A stretch of 40,997 nt of DNA from Flavobacteriales bacterium (GCA_002697505.1 NZWA01000089.1:1-40997), one strand, 5' to 3'; shown: positions 17,967-27,797, counted from the stretch's first letter. Notes: generated by a model from the letters alone, not told the origin. Program-made: numbers and translations.

Positions 17967-18430
17967 TGATTACACCAACACTAAGGTTAAAGTTATCAGA
18001 TTTTATTGATAAACCATGGGAACAAGATGTATTAGATGAATTATCTAATGTAGGGAATGAAGTATTTCAAAACCAATTCACGATTTATTTTTGGTATGAT
18101 AGAAATACAGAATCAATAGATTTGAGTAGGTTAAGTCAGTTCTTGAAACAAAGAGAATCTGAAACTAACAAACCACAAAAAACTATTATCAGACCAGAGT
18201 TTTTTGATAAACAAGTATTTTTTATTTGGTACGATGTAATACCAAGAAGTATACACGAAAATAACCACATTCAATACTCAAGATTTAGTTGGTTGTATAG
18301 TGACCCAAGTACAGGTATAGTTGAAGGTATTAAAAACTTTAAAGAGACTTGGGAATTTGTATCAAGAGACCCAGAAAGAAGACCAAGGAAACAAAAAAGA
18401 AATGATGATGAAAGTAGCAATCATAGGTAG
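17966..18430 (+). CDS. Hypothetical protein with a basic C-terminal tail
   Basis: Coupled ORF (TAATG with the upstream gene). No recognisable motif. Confidence 0.5.
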   Translation: MITPTLRLKLSDFIDKPWEQDVLDELSNVGNEVFQNQFTIYFWYDRNTESIDLSRLSQFLKQRESETNKPQKTIIRPEFFDKQVFFIWYDVIPRSIHENNHIQYSRFSWLYSDPSTGIVEGIKNFKETWEFVSRDPERRPRKQKRNDDESSNHR

Positions 18431-18809
18431 TAGAAGTTATACTAACAAAAGAAAGATAAAAGATTTTGTCTTCAAGTTAAAAGAAAAAGTTGGAGATGAT
18501 TTAGTAATAGTAAGTGGTGGAGCAAAACAAGGTTCTGATAAATATGCAAAACAATATGCACTTGAGTTTGATATAAATTACTCAGAGTTCCCACCATACC
18601 ACGAACCACATAATCAACATTGTGTATATGGTGCATTTAGATACAATAAACAATATAGTGTTGGTAATTACCATAAAAGAAATAAAGACTTAGTAGAATA
18701 TAGTGACAATGTGGTTGCATTTTGTACAGAAGGTAAGATAACAGATGGTACAGGTTCTGCATTAAAGTCCGCAAAAAAAATAGATAAAAAAGTAATTATT
18801 TTTGATTAA
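18402..18809 (+). CDS. DUF2493 (SLOG-superfamily, DprA/Smf-like Rossmann) protein
   Basis: VAIIGSRSY...LVIVSGGAKQGSDKYAKQYA...KRNKDLVEYSDNVVAF...GTGSALKSAKK fits the DUF2493 pattern. The likely start is the ATGATGATG at 18402-18410 rather than the track start at 18321. Confidence 0.55.
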   Translation: MMMKVAIIGSRSYTNKRKIKDFVFKLKEKVGDDLVIVSGGAKQGSDKYAKQYALEFDINYSEFPPYHEPHNQHCVYGAFRYNKQYSVGNYHKRNKDLVEYSDNVVAFCTEGKITDGTGSALKSAKKIDKKVIIFD

Positions 18810-18836
18810 CAAGATACTTATATATATGTATATATA
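18802..18836 (+). promoter_or_regulatory. Class B intergenic motif, copy 2
   Basis: TTGATT is at 18802-18807 and TATATATGTATATATA at 18821-18836, 24 nt upstream of ATG 18860. Confidence 0.45.
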
Positions 18837-18859
18837 GATAACAAACAAAAGAGATTATT

Positions 18860-19054
18860 ATGAGTGAAGACAAATTGACATCAGTAAAAGTTATTGATGA
18901 GTTATATCGTAAGTTCAAAGAGAAATCCATCTCTGAAGACTTTTCATTACAGAAATTAGTAAATCGTAGTTTACATTTATTTGTATATGATGAAGATTTT
19001 AAGGATAAAGTATTAAAAAATAGTGACTTGGAAACAAGTGGTTCTAAATATTAA
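18860..19054 (+). CDS. Small protein, possibly a ribbon-helix-helix DNA-binding protein
   Basis: TSVKVIDELYRKFKEKS...SLQKLVNRSLHLFV has a beta-strand/helix/helix pattern typical of Arc/CopG-like proteins. Weak. Confidence 0.3.
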   Translation: MSEDKLTSVKVIDELYRKFKEKSISEDFSLQKLVNRSLHLFVYDEDFKDKVLKNSDLETSGSKY

Positions 19055-19064
19055 GAGGTTATAG

Positions 19065-20489
19065 ATGCAATTACCAAAACTACAGAAGGTTTCTTCAAGA
19101 CCAAAAAAGAAGAAAATCTTATTGTTGTCAGACGATTTAAGGATGCATAGTGGAGTCGGTACTATGTCAAGAGAAATAGTATTCGGAACTATTGATAAGT
19201 ACGATTGGGTTCAAGTAGGTGGTGCTATCAAACATCCTGATAATGGTAAGATAGTTGATATGAATCAGGCAGTTAGAGAAGAGACTGGTGTAGAGGATGC
19301 ATCATTAAAAATTTATCCAATTGATGGTTATGGAAATCAAGAGATAGTTAGACAACTATTGGTAGAAGAAAAACCAGATGCCATCCTACACTATACAGAC
19401 CCAAGATTTTGGATTTGGTTATATCAAATGGAACACGAGATAAGACAAAGTATTCCAATATTTTATTACAATATATGGGACAACCTACCTTATCCAACAT
19501 GGAATGAACCATTCTATGAGTCTTGTGATTTGATTATGAATATTTCAAAACAAACACATAACATAGTTCATAATGTATGTAAAAATAAACCAAGGACAGA
19601 TTGGGATTCAACTTATATACCACATGGTATCAATGAAAAACATTTTTATCCAATCGTTGATGAAGACGAAACATTCAAAGTAAATAAACTAAGAAATGAA
19701 TTGTTCCAAGGTACTGAAGTAGAATTTTGTATACTATTCATCAATAGAAATATCAGAAGAAAGATGACTTCAGATTTAATTATGGCATTCAAAACATTCG
19801 CAGATGGATTGACAGAAGAACAAAGAAAGAAAGTTGGATTTGTTTTACATACTGAACCAGTTGATAATAATGGAACAGACTTACCTGCAGTTATTGAAGA
19901 GTTATGTCCTGACTTAAACATTGTATTTTCAAAGGATAAACTTAATAATGAAGGAATGAATCAACTCTATAATGCAGTTGACCTTACCGTGAATATTGCA
20001 TCTAATGAAGGATTCGGATTAGGAACTTGTGAATCTCTAATGTGTGGAACACCAATCATAGTAAATGTTACAGGTGGACTACAAGACCAATGTGGGTTCA
20101 AATTTAGAGACCATTTCTTAACTTACAAAGATTATACTAAGATTGAATCACTACACGATTGGAGAAAGTGGGAAAACAATAAAGATTTAACATATGGTGA
20201 ATGGGTAAAACCAGTATGGCCGAGAACTCGTTCAGTTCAAGGTTCAGTACCAACACCATTTATTATGGATGATAGAGTTGATTGGGTTGATGTTGCAGAT
20301 GCATTAAGATATTGGTATGATAAATCACCAGAAGAGAGAAAAGAGGCAGGACTACTTGGACATGAATTCGTAACAGGTGATAATGGTATGATGAGTGCAA
20401 GACACATGAGTGAGTTATTCATAGACCACATGGAAACTGCGTTTGAAAAGTGGACACCAAGAAAAAGTTATGAGGTACATGAAGTATGA
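19065..20489 (+). CDS. Glycosyltransferase, GT-B fold (GT4-like)
   Basis: C-terminal NEGFGLGTCESLMCGTPIIVNVTGGLQDQ (EX7E-type motif). N-terminal KILLLSDD...GVGT. Confidence 0.75.
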   Translation: MQLPKLQKVSSRPKKKKILLLSDDLRMHSGVGTMSREIVFGTIDKYDWVQVGGAIKHPDNGKIVDMNQAVREETGVEDASLKIYPIDGYGNQEIVRQLLVEEKPDAILHYTDPRFWIWLYQMEHEIRQSIPIFYYNIWDNLPYPTWNEPFYESCDLIMNISKQTHNIVHNVCKNKPRTDWDSTYIPHGINEKHFYPIVDEDETFKVNKLRNELFQGTEVEFCILFINRNIRRKMTSDLIMAFKTFADGLTEEQRKKVGFVLHTEPVDNNGTDLPAVIEELCPDLNIVFSKDKLNNEGMNQLYNAVDLTVNIASNEGFGLGTCESLMCGTPIIVNVTGGLQDQCGFKFRDHFLTYKDYTKIESLHDWRKWENNKDLTYGEWVKPVWPRTRSVQGSVPTPFIMDDRVDWVDVADALRYWYDKSPEERKEAGLLGHEFVTGDNGMMSARHMSELFIDHMETAFEKWTPRKSYEVHEV

Positions 20490-21808
20490 GTAAACCATTA
20501 ATATTAGTTACAGGACCAGTTGCCACAAGAAGTGGATATGGTAACCACACAAGAGATATTTGTAGAGCATTGATTGAAAGGGATAAGTATGATATCAGAA
20601 TCCAATCTATGAGATGGGGAAACACACCATTAAATGCATTGGAAGAACATAATCCACACCATAGAGAGATTCATAAAAGAATATTAAAACAACCTTCAAT
20701 GGAAAAACAACCAGATGTACATTTACATATAAGTGTACCAAATGAATTTCAACCATTGGCAAAAAAGAATATTGGAATTACTGCAGGTATAGAACACACA
20801 ATCCCACCAGGTCAATGGGTAGAGGGAATGAATCGTATGGATGTAAATATTATTACATCTGAATGGAGTGCAGTTAATTTCAAGAATGTATCATACGATA
20901 AGAAAGATAATCAAGGTAAGTTAATAGGACAACTAAAAGTTAATAGTCCGATGACTACATTATTTGAAGGTGCAGACCCTGACATATTTAAAGAAACAAA
21001 TGAGTTTTCAAAACAACTTGTTAGTGAGTTTGAGAAAATATCTACTGATTGGAATTTTTTATATACAGGTCATTGGTTACAAGGTGGTTTAGGTGAAGAC
21101 AGAAAAGATGTCGGTATGATGATTAAAGTATTTTTAGAAGTATTTAAGAATCACAAGAATCCACCAGGACTTATACTGAAATCAAGTAGTGCAGGATTCT
21201 CAGTTGTTGATAGGGAAGATATCAAAAAGAAGATTGATTATATCAAGAGAGATATAAAGGCAAAAACACTTCCTAAAATTTGGTTACTACATGGTGACTT
21301 AACAGATGACGAAATGAATCAATTATATAATCATCCAAAAGTAAAGGCACATTTATCATTCACACATGGTGAAGGATTTGGTAGACCATTATTAGAGGCA
21401 TCATTTAGTGGTAAACCTATTATTGCACCATGTGAAACTGGTCAAAAAGATTTCCTTGATGAAAACAATACCGTAAAACTACCTGGTCAATATGTAAAGG
21501 TTCCAAATAGGTCTTTTCCTAAAGAATTTTATGTTGATACTTGTGAGTGGTTTGGTGTAAACTATGGACTTGCATCTCAAATAATTAGAGATGTACATAA
21601 AAACTATACAAAGTATGCTGTCAAGGGTAAGAAACTGATGTTACTTAATAGAAGAATGTTTACTCATGATAAAATGAGAGAGAAATTAGAAGAGATAGTT
21701 GACCAACAATTATCATCACTTCCAAAACAAGTTGATATAAAGTTACCTAACATGAAAAAAGAAGACAAAAAAGAAGACAAAGGTTTACCTAAGTTAAGGA
21801 AGATATAA
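20486..21808 (+). CDS. Glycosyltransferase, GT-B fold (GT1/GT4-like)
   Basis: ILVTGPVATRSGYG at the N-terminus. HGEGFGRPLLEASFSGKPIIAPCETGQKDFL at the C-terminus. Confidence 0.65.
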   Translation: MSKPLILVTGPVATRSGYGNHTRDICRALIERDKYDIRIQSMRWGNTPLNALEEHNPHHREIHKRILKQPSMEKQPDVHLHISVPNEFQPLAKKNIGITAGIEHTIPPGQWVEGMNRMDVNIITSEWSAVNFKNVSYDKKDNQGKLIGQLKVNSPMTTLFEGADPDIFKETNEFSKQLVSEFEKISTDWNFLYTGHWLQGGLGEDRKDVGMMIKVFLEVFKNHKNPPGLILKSSSAGFSVVDREDIKKKIDYIKRDIKAKTLPKIWLLHGDLTDDEMNQLYNHPKVKAHLSFTHGEGFGRPLLEASFSGKPIIAPCETGQKDFLDENNTVKLPGQYVKVPNRSFPKEFYVDTCEWFGVNYGLASQIIRDVHKNYTKYAVKGKKLMLLNRRMFTHDKMREKLEEIVDQQLSSLPKQVDIKLPNMKKEDKKEDKGLPKLRKI

Positions 21809-22251
21809 TGTCAGAAGTAAAAACTAAATGTCCAAATTGTTTTTCTGAGAATCAATGTTTTGAAGAATCTACTGAACACTTTACTTCCTATATTTGTTTT
21901 AAATGTGGGTTCACAAGTAATTCATATTACAAAAATGATACAGAAGAACTAAAAAAGGCAGTTGAATCGTCAACACAATTGATGAATGAGATATCATTAT
22001 TTGACTATGATAGGAAAATAACTTGGTTTCCATCAGTATTAAACATGGGTAAGTTTGGAATAATTTATCCAGATGGTACTAAAAATAATTGGGTGTGGAA
22101 GTTTGCACAAGTAACTAAGTTAACAGAAGAAGAACAGAAAGACCCACAATATGAGGGACATGAACATAAATTAGATGTTGATAATGCACAATCATATGGA
22201 CAACATGAGTTTATGAATGCATGTAAAGATATGGGAATAATTAAAGAATGA
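21808..22251 (+). CDS. Hypothetical zinc-ribbon protein
   Basis: CPNCFSENQC ... CFKCGF near the N-terminus. Confidence 0.45.
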   Translation: MSEVKTKCPNCFSENQCFEESTEHFTSYICFKCGFTSNSYYKNDTEELKKAVESSTQLMNEISLFDYDRKITWFPSVLNMGKFGIIYPDGTKNNWVWKFAQVTKLTEEEQKDPQYEGHEHKLDVDNAQSYGQHEFMNACKDMGIIKE

Positions 22252-22733
22252 AGAACACATCTTGGGAAAGAGTTCAACCAGGTCAAATAGTTTCTTTTGT
22301 TTATAAGAATAAAAATGAAACAAAAGGAATCAAGAGAACCGTATTATGTTTAAGTAAAAGACATCCATATAGAAAGAAGAATGGAAGACTTACATACTTT
22401 TTTGTAGGGTTACAATTAGACACTGCCGTATCAAGACCAATAACTGCATCAAAGTTTCAGTCATTGATTGAACAATTTGGTGGACTAAGTAAAGATAAAA
22501 GGATTACCGAGGTTGGTAACTTTGAAGACACTATGTCAGTATCGGATATTAGACAATTATACAAAACACTAAAAGATTTCATAGAGAAGTATAAAATATT
22601 CAGAACATACAATTTAAGAGAATGTAGAAAAAGAAGAGTTTATCTTGAAGACGATTATCGTTATTTACCAAAAGAGTCTATGGATGATTTACTATTAGAA
22701 CAACAAATATCGGAAATAGATTTTGAACTATGA
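22248..22733 (+). CDS. Hypothetical protein
   Basis: Coupled ORF (ATGA overlap). No motif recognised. Confidence 0.5.
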   Translation: MKNTSWERVQPGQIVSFVYKNKNETKGIKRTVLCLSKRHPYRKKNGRLTYFFVGLQLDTAVSRPITASKFQSLIEQFGGLSKDKRITEVGNFEDTMSVSDIRQLYKTLKDFIEKYKIFRTYNLRECRKRRVYLEDDYRYLPKESMDDLLLEQQISEIDFEL

Positions 22734-23356
22734 AGATTACTTATGGTATAACCGTTCATAATGAACATGAAGAGATAAAGAAACTACTTGAGTTTCTTGT
22801 TGAACATCGTGATGAGGGTGATGAAATTGTTATATGTGATGATTACTCTGATTATCAATGTTGGAGAGTATTTGATGAATACATACATGGACAATATCCT
22901 GACATAGTTTTTTATGAACAACAATTAAATAATGATTTCGCAAGAAAGAAAAATTCAGTTATAGAAAAATCAACAGGTGACTATATATTTCATTTGGATG
23001 CAGACGAAATACCTAATGAAGTTCTCATGTCACAATTAAAAACCATACTTGAAATTAATGATGTAGATTTGATTTGGATTCCAAGAATCAATACGGTTGA
23101 TGGTATCACACAAGACCACATCAATAAGTGGGGATGGGTAGTAACAGAAAAAGGTTGGGTTAATTTTCCTGACTATCAAAGTAGAGTTTTTAGAAACCGA
23201 GATGATATAAGGTGGGAGAGACCAGTACATGAAAGGATTACAGGTTGTAAGACTTACTCACATCTACCACCACATGAAGAGTTATGTATTTATCATCCAA
23301 AAACAATAGAGAAACAAGAAAAACAAAATGAGTTATATAGTAAAATTATTAGATGA
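22730..23356 (+). CDS. Glycosyltransferase family 2-like (GT-A fold)
   Basis: ITYGITVHNEHEEIKKLLEFL...EIVICDDYSD and HLDADE (DxD). Confidence 0.7.
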   Translation: MKITYGITVHNEHEEIKKLLEFLVEHRDEGDEIVICDDYSDYQCWRVFDEYIHGQYPDIVFYEQQLNNDFARKKNSVIEKSTGDYIFHLDADEIPNEVLMSQLKTILEINDVDLIWIPRINTVDGITQDHINKWGWVVTEKGWVNFPDYQSRVFRNRDDIRWERPVHERITGCKTYSHLPPHEELCIYHPKTIEKQEKQNELYSKIIR

Positions 23357-24080
23357 ACTTAAAGACCAAGGTGTCGTAGGTATAAAACAATCATTTGAAG
23401 ATGAAGGTGTATTAGATTCAGACCTTTGGAAAATATCTAAAGTATGTAGAGACTTAGACTTAAAGTTAAGTGTTAAGATTGGTGGTTGTGAGGCTATCTC
23501 TGATATAAATCGTTGTATTGATTTAGAAGTTAATGGTATAGTTGCACCAATGATTGAGTCAAGGTTTGCATTACAAAAGTTTTCAGAGTCTATAAATAAG
23601 TTACCTTATCATGGTAACAAGTTTATTAATATTGAAAGTGTACAGGCATACAAGAATTTAAATGATATATTAGAATCACCTACAAGTAAAATGTTAAGTG
23701 GTATTGTAGTAGGTCGTTCTGATTTAACTAAGTCATTTGGATATGGAAAACAAGATGTTATGTCAGATGAAATTTGTAGAGTAGTAACCTACATACTACA
23801 AGAGTCAAAAAAGTTAGGAATGAAAACATATATGGGTGGAAATATTGGTACTCAAAGTATAGAATTTATTCAAGAGTTATTCAATAAGGGATTCTTAGAT
23901 TGTATTGAGACACGAAATGTTATCTTAGGATTAGATGAAAGTAATATAAATGATTTAAGTAAAATCATTTCACATATGTTAGAGTGGGAATCTTTGTGGT
24001 TGGAAAGTAAGGCAACACATTATAACAGATTCTCAACAGAGTATAATACAAGGTCAAAAGAAATACAAGATAGATTATGA
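23328..24080 (+). CDS. HpcH/HpaI-aldolase / PEP-pyruvate-domain superfamily TIM-barrel enzyme
   Basis: GIVAPMIESRFALQKF ... INIESVQAYKNLNDILE ... GIVVGRSDLTKSFG parallels the PmVes...iEt..a..n..eI...G..DLs motif blocks. Confidence 0.5.
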   Translation: MSYIVKLLDELKDQGVVGIKQSFEDEGVLDSDLWKISKVCRDLDLKLSVKIGGCEAISDINRCIDLEVNGIVAPMIESRFALQKFSESINKLPYHGNKFINIESVQAYKNLNDILESPTSKMLSGIVVGRSDLTKSFGYGKQDVMSDEICRVVTYILQESKKLGMKTYMGGNIGTQSIEFIQELFNKGFLDCIETRNVILGLDESNINDLSKIISHMLEWESLWLESKATHYNRFSTEYNTRSKEIQDRL

Positions 24081-25201
24081 CAAGACAAGAACAATTACAA
24101 GAGTTATTCCACAATAACCAATATTTTAAAATGATATGTGGTGCAGGTAACGAAGATACCGAAGAAGTCAGAAGACTTGCAATGATTTATACATTGGCAG
24201 GTGCAAAAGGATTAGATATTTCAACAACACCTGATGTAGTAAAGGCGGCGATGGATGGTATTGATAGGGCATATGATATATCAGATAAACTTGGTATTGA
24301 TATTGGTGTAAGACCATATATTATGGTTAGTGTTGGAATGCCAGGTGACCATCATGTAAGAAAGGCACTTATAAATGAAGATACTTGTGTTAAGTGTGGT
24401 TTATGTGTTGCACCAGTTTGTCCTACAGAAGCGATTGAACCTATTCAAATAAAAGTTGAGACTGCATTTGTGATTACTGAGAAATGTATTGGGTGTGGTG
24501 CATGTAGTGCAGTTTGTCCTATTGTAGAGTGTATAACTTATAGTCATAATGAAAAGGCATTAGAAGAATTATTACCACAATGTTTAGAGTTAGGTGCAGA
24601 GAATATAGAGTTACACGCGGCAGTTGCAGAAACTGATGTAATTATGAAAGAATGGGAAATGGTTATTAAGGCAAATCCTGATGGACATAATAGTATGTGT
24701 TTAGATAGATTACACATTGGAAACTTTCAATTAAAAGATAGAATTGAAAAGGCATTGGAGATGACTAAACCAGGTTTAATGATATTACAGGCAGATGGTT
24801 ATCCAATGAGTGGTGGTAGAAATGATTTCAATACAACATTACAGGCAGTTGCAACTGCAGATGTAGTTAATAAACAATTTAACATGAGATTAAATAAGAA
24901 AGATAAACAATTAATATACAAAAGAAGAAGAGAGTTAAATGTTGTATTATCAGGTGGAACTAATTCATTAACTGCAGACTTGGCACTACAAGGTAATGTA
25001 AGATTCCAAGGAGTTGCAGTTGGAACATTTGCAAGAAACTTAATTTACAAACATATTAAAGAAGTCTACGATTATAATGATATGGAATTTTATAATGATT
25101 TAAATAATATTCGTGAAGCATATCTTATTGGAAAACAATTAGTAGATAGTAACATAAATAAAGGTGAAAGTTATGGGTCAAACACTTATATTCGCAGTTG
25201 A
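24077..25201 (+). CDS. Fe-S protein with 2x[4Fe-4S] ferredoxin motifs in a TIM-barrel-like context (LdpA-like)
   Basis: CVKCGLCVAPVCP and CIGCGACSAVCP. The N-terminal KMICGAGNED...IYTLAGAKGLDISTTPDVVKAAMDGI resembles cyanobacterial LdpA-type proteins, as far as I recall them. Confidence 0.55.
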   Translation: MTRQEQLQELFHNNQYFKMICGAGNEDTEEVRRLAMIYTLAGAKGLDISTTPDVVKAAMDGIDRAYDISDKLGIDIGVRPYIMVSVGMPGDHHVRKALINEDTCVKCGLCVAPVCPTEAIEPIQIKVETAFVITEKCIGCGACSAVCPIVECITYSHNEKALEELLPQCLELGAENIELHAAVAETDVIMKEWEMVIKANPDGHNSMCLDRLHIGNFQLKDRIEKALEMTKPGLMILQADGYPMSGGRNDFNTTLQAVATADVVNKQFNMRLNKKDKQLIYKRRRELNVVLSGGTNSLTADLALQGNVRFQGVAVGTFARNLIYKHIKEVYDYNDMEFYNDLNNIREAYLIGKQLVDSNINKGESYGSNTYIRS

Positions 25202-25544
25202 TTTTGATGGTTGTTTAGCAGAATTTGATTTTCCAAGTATAGGAGAACAAACTTCAAAACAAAAAAAATTAATGAATATTTTAAAAAAATTACAAGACAA
25301 AGGACATAAATTAATATTATGGACAAGTAGAGGTGAACCTGCACTACAAGAAGCAATTGATTGGTGTGAAGAAAAGGGATTGATATTTGATATGCATCAA
25401 GTTAATCCATTTACCAAAAAGATATCAGGACCGAGTCCTAAGATAATTGCAGACTATTATATTGATGATAAGGCATTAGAATTTGGTGATAATGAATCAC
25501 GAGACAGAACACTATTTTTATTGGAGAGATTGTTAGATGAGTAG
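25173..25544 (+). CDS. HAD-superfamily phosphatase-like protein
   Basis: FAVDFDGCL (motif I), ILWTSRG (motif II), YIDDKA (motif IV). AAGGTGA upstream favours ATG 25173 over the GTG at 25164. Confidence 0.55.
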   Translation: MGQTLIFAVDFDGCLAEFDFPSIGEQTSKQKKLMNILKKLQDKGHKLILWTSRGEPALQEAIDWCEEKGLIFDMHQVNPFTKKISGPSPKIIADYYIDDKALEFGDNESRDRTLFLLERLLDE

Positions 25545-26205
25545 GAAAAAAATAACCGCAGTGGTTCCTATTAGAAAAGGGTCACAAAGGATAATAGACA
25601 AGAACTTTATTCCATTTGTTGATGGGAAGAGTTTACTTGAGGTCAAACTTGAAATATTGAAGAAGATTACTTTAATTGATGAAATTATTGTTAATACTGA
25701 TTCAGATAAGGCATTAGAGATTGCAGACAAATATGGTGTTAGTAAAAAAGAAAGAGAACCATACTTTGCAAGTAATGAGTGTACCAATAGTGAGTTCTTT
25801 CAGAACATGGCAGAAACAACTGATACAGATTATTTAATCTATAGTCCATGTACTGCACCATTAGTTGAAGAGAGTACTTATTATGATTTCATTAATAGGT
25901 TTATCAATGGTATAGATAATGGACACGATAGTTTGACTACCGTAAATGTATTAAAACACCATATGTGGTTAGATGGAAAACCATTGAACTATGACCCAAA
26001 GAATTCACCAAATACACAAGACCTACCTGATATCTACAAACTAACTTATAGTCTTTCAATTATAGAAAGAGAGGCAATGTTAGAGTGTAAAAATATAGTT
26101 GGTAACACACCACACTTTTATCAGATAGATGAAGTTGAGGGAGTTGATATTGATAATCAGATTGACTTTGATTTTGCAAAGTTTTTATATGGGAGAGTAA
26201 AATAA
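25537..26205 (+). CDS. Acylneuraminate/ulosonate cytidylyltransferase family (CMP-sugar synthetase, NeuA/PseF/KdsB-like)
   Basis: ITAVVPIRKGSQRIIDKNFIPFVDGKSLLEVKLEIL...EIIVNTDSD matches aiIPARgGSKrl..KN...l.GkpLi...vsTDs. Confidence 0.75.
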   Translation: MSRKKITAVVPIRKGSQRIIDKNFIPFVDGKSLLEVKLEILKKITLIDEIIVNTDSDKALEIADKYGVSKKEREPYFASNECTNSEFFQNMAETTDTDYLIYSPCTAPLVEESTYYDFINRFINGIDNGHDSLTTVNVLKHHMWLDGKPLNYDPKNSPNTQDLPDIYKLTYSLSIIEREAMLECKNIVGNTPHFYQIDEVEGVDIDNQIDFDFAKFLYGRVK

Positions 26206-26885
26206 TGAAAGATTTCAATTTATTGAAAGATATTTATAAAGACAAAGACATTTATGTCATTAGTGGAGGCCCTTCACTTAATCACATAGATAAGAGTTTT
26301 TTTGAAAACAAAATAGTCCTTGGAGTAAATGACATATTCAGATACTTTGATTGTGATTATGTAGTTGTAAAAGATTGTAATGAAGAACCAAGGTTTACAA
26401 GATTGGTACAAGAACTAAAAGAAAAAGATATACCATTAATCTATAGTCAGTACTATAAAGGTTATGAAGAAAAGGGATTAAATAATTGTGATAATCCTAA
26501 TTCATACATGTTCACACACAACCCAAGAAAAAAAGATTTTGATATGGAGATGATGGAACTTGATATTGACGAGGAGATTATTGTTAGTCGTTCAACCGTA
26601 ACAACTGCAATACATATTGCATATTATATGGGTGCAAAAAATATCATACTATGTGGACATGATGGTGGAGAGATTGATGGTCAAATGTATTATCATGAAT
26701 ATGTAGAGAAAGATTGGAAGTCTGCAAGTAATTGGGATGGTATAAAAGGATTCTTAAACAACATGGAAAGAGAGACAATTGCACTAAAACAATTATTAAA
26801 TTTTCATGATGTAAATATTTGTTCAATGAATCCATTTATTAATTTACGATTAGAAGGAACTAAATTTGAAACTTATAAGATATAG
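26205..26885 (+). CDS. DUF115 (MptE-like / motility-accessory-factor-type) putative nonulosonic-acid transferase
   Basis: DIYVISGGPSLNHID...IVLGVNDIFRYFDCDYVVVKD ... ILCGHDG resembles the GxGPSL...D core of Maf/DUF115 and CstII-like sialyltransferases. Confidence 0.5.
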   Translation: MKDFNLLKDIYKDKDIYVISGGPSLNHIDKSFFENKIVLGVNDIFRYFDCDYVVVKDCNEEPRFTRLVQELKEKDIPLIYSQYYKGYEEKGLNNCDNPNSYMFTHNPRKKDFDMEMMELDIDEEIIVSRSTVTTAIHIAYYMGAKNIILCGHDGGEIDGQMYYHEYVEKDWKSASNWDGIKGFLNNMERETIALKQLLNFHDVNICSMNPFINLRLEGTKFETYKI

Positions 26886-26894
26886 GAGATAAAG

Positions 26895-27797
26895 ATGAAT
26901 ATATTAGTAACAGGTGGAGCAGGATTTATAGGAACGAACTTAATTGAAAGATTATTGGAAGATGGTCATAAGGTAGTCAGTATAGATAATTACTCAACAG
27001 GATTTGAAACGAATGAGATAGAACATGAAAATGTAACCTATCATAATGTGGATTTAAGAGATGCAATTGATTTTGATTTCTTTATGGAGAATCCAGATTT
27101 AATTTATCATCTTGCAGCACTACCAAGAATCCAACCATCATTTGAGTTCCCTGCATTAACCTTTGAGGCAAATGTACTTGGAACAATTAATTTGTTGGAG
27201 TGGATTAGAAGTAAAGAAAATAAAATACCTATAGTTTATGCAGGGTCAAGTAGTTTTCATGGTGGAGTATACAAGAATCCTTACACATTTACAAAGTGGC
27301 AAGGTGAAGAAGTAGTTCAGATGTATCATAAAACATACGATATACCGATGAGTATATGTAGATTTTATAATGTATATGGCCCACACCAATTAACTGAGGG
27401 TGAATATTGTACCGTAATTGGTATCTTTGAGAAACAATTCCGAGAAGGTAAAGAACTAACTATTACAGGTGATGGTGAACAGAGAAGAGATTTTACTCAT
27501 GTGTTTGATATCGTAGATGGATTTGTAAAATGTGGTAATTCTTTAGTAATTCCAAATGCCTATAACGCCAAAGTTGATGGAGAAATTTTTGAATTGGGTA
27601 AGGGTGAAAATCATTCAATAAATGTAATCGCTCAATCATTTGATTCAGGATATACTTACATACCTAAAAGACCAGGTGAAGTTCAAGAAACACTTTGTAC
27701 AGATACAAAGGCACATGAATTATTAGGTTGGAAACCTACAATAGATGTATTAGATTACATTGAAGGAGTAAGAGTCTTATGGACAGAAAAAATGTAG
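26895..27797 (+). CDS. NAD-dependent nucleotide-sugar epimerase/dehydratase (extended SDR)
   Basis: ILVTGGAGFIGTNL, a catalytic YTFTK (YxxxK), and YAGSSS. Confidence 0.85.
   Translation: MNILVTGGAGFIGTNLIERLLEDGHKVVSIDNYSTGFETNEIEHENVTYHNVDLRDAIDFDFFMENPDLIYHLAALPRIQPSFEFPALTFEANVLGTINLLEWIRSKENKIPIVYAGSSSFHGGVYKNPYTFTKWQGEEVVQMYHKTYDIPMSICRFYNVYGPHQLTEGEYCTVIGIFEKQFREGKELTITGDGEQRRDFTHVFDIVDGFVKCGNSLVIPNAYNAKVDGEIFELGKGENHSINVIAQSFDSGYTYIPKRPGEVQETLCTDTKAHELLGWKPTIDVLDYIEGVRVLWTEKM

Noticed and set aside
18321-18430. Possible programmed frameshift joining the 154-aa ORF to the DUF2493 ORF (110-nt overlap, A-rich run near 18391-18399)
   Set aside because: The second frame is +1 relative to the first, not the common -1, and I see no clear slippery heptamer. 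An internal ATGATGATG at 18402 placed exactly at the start of the DUF2493 homology explains the overlap more simply.
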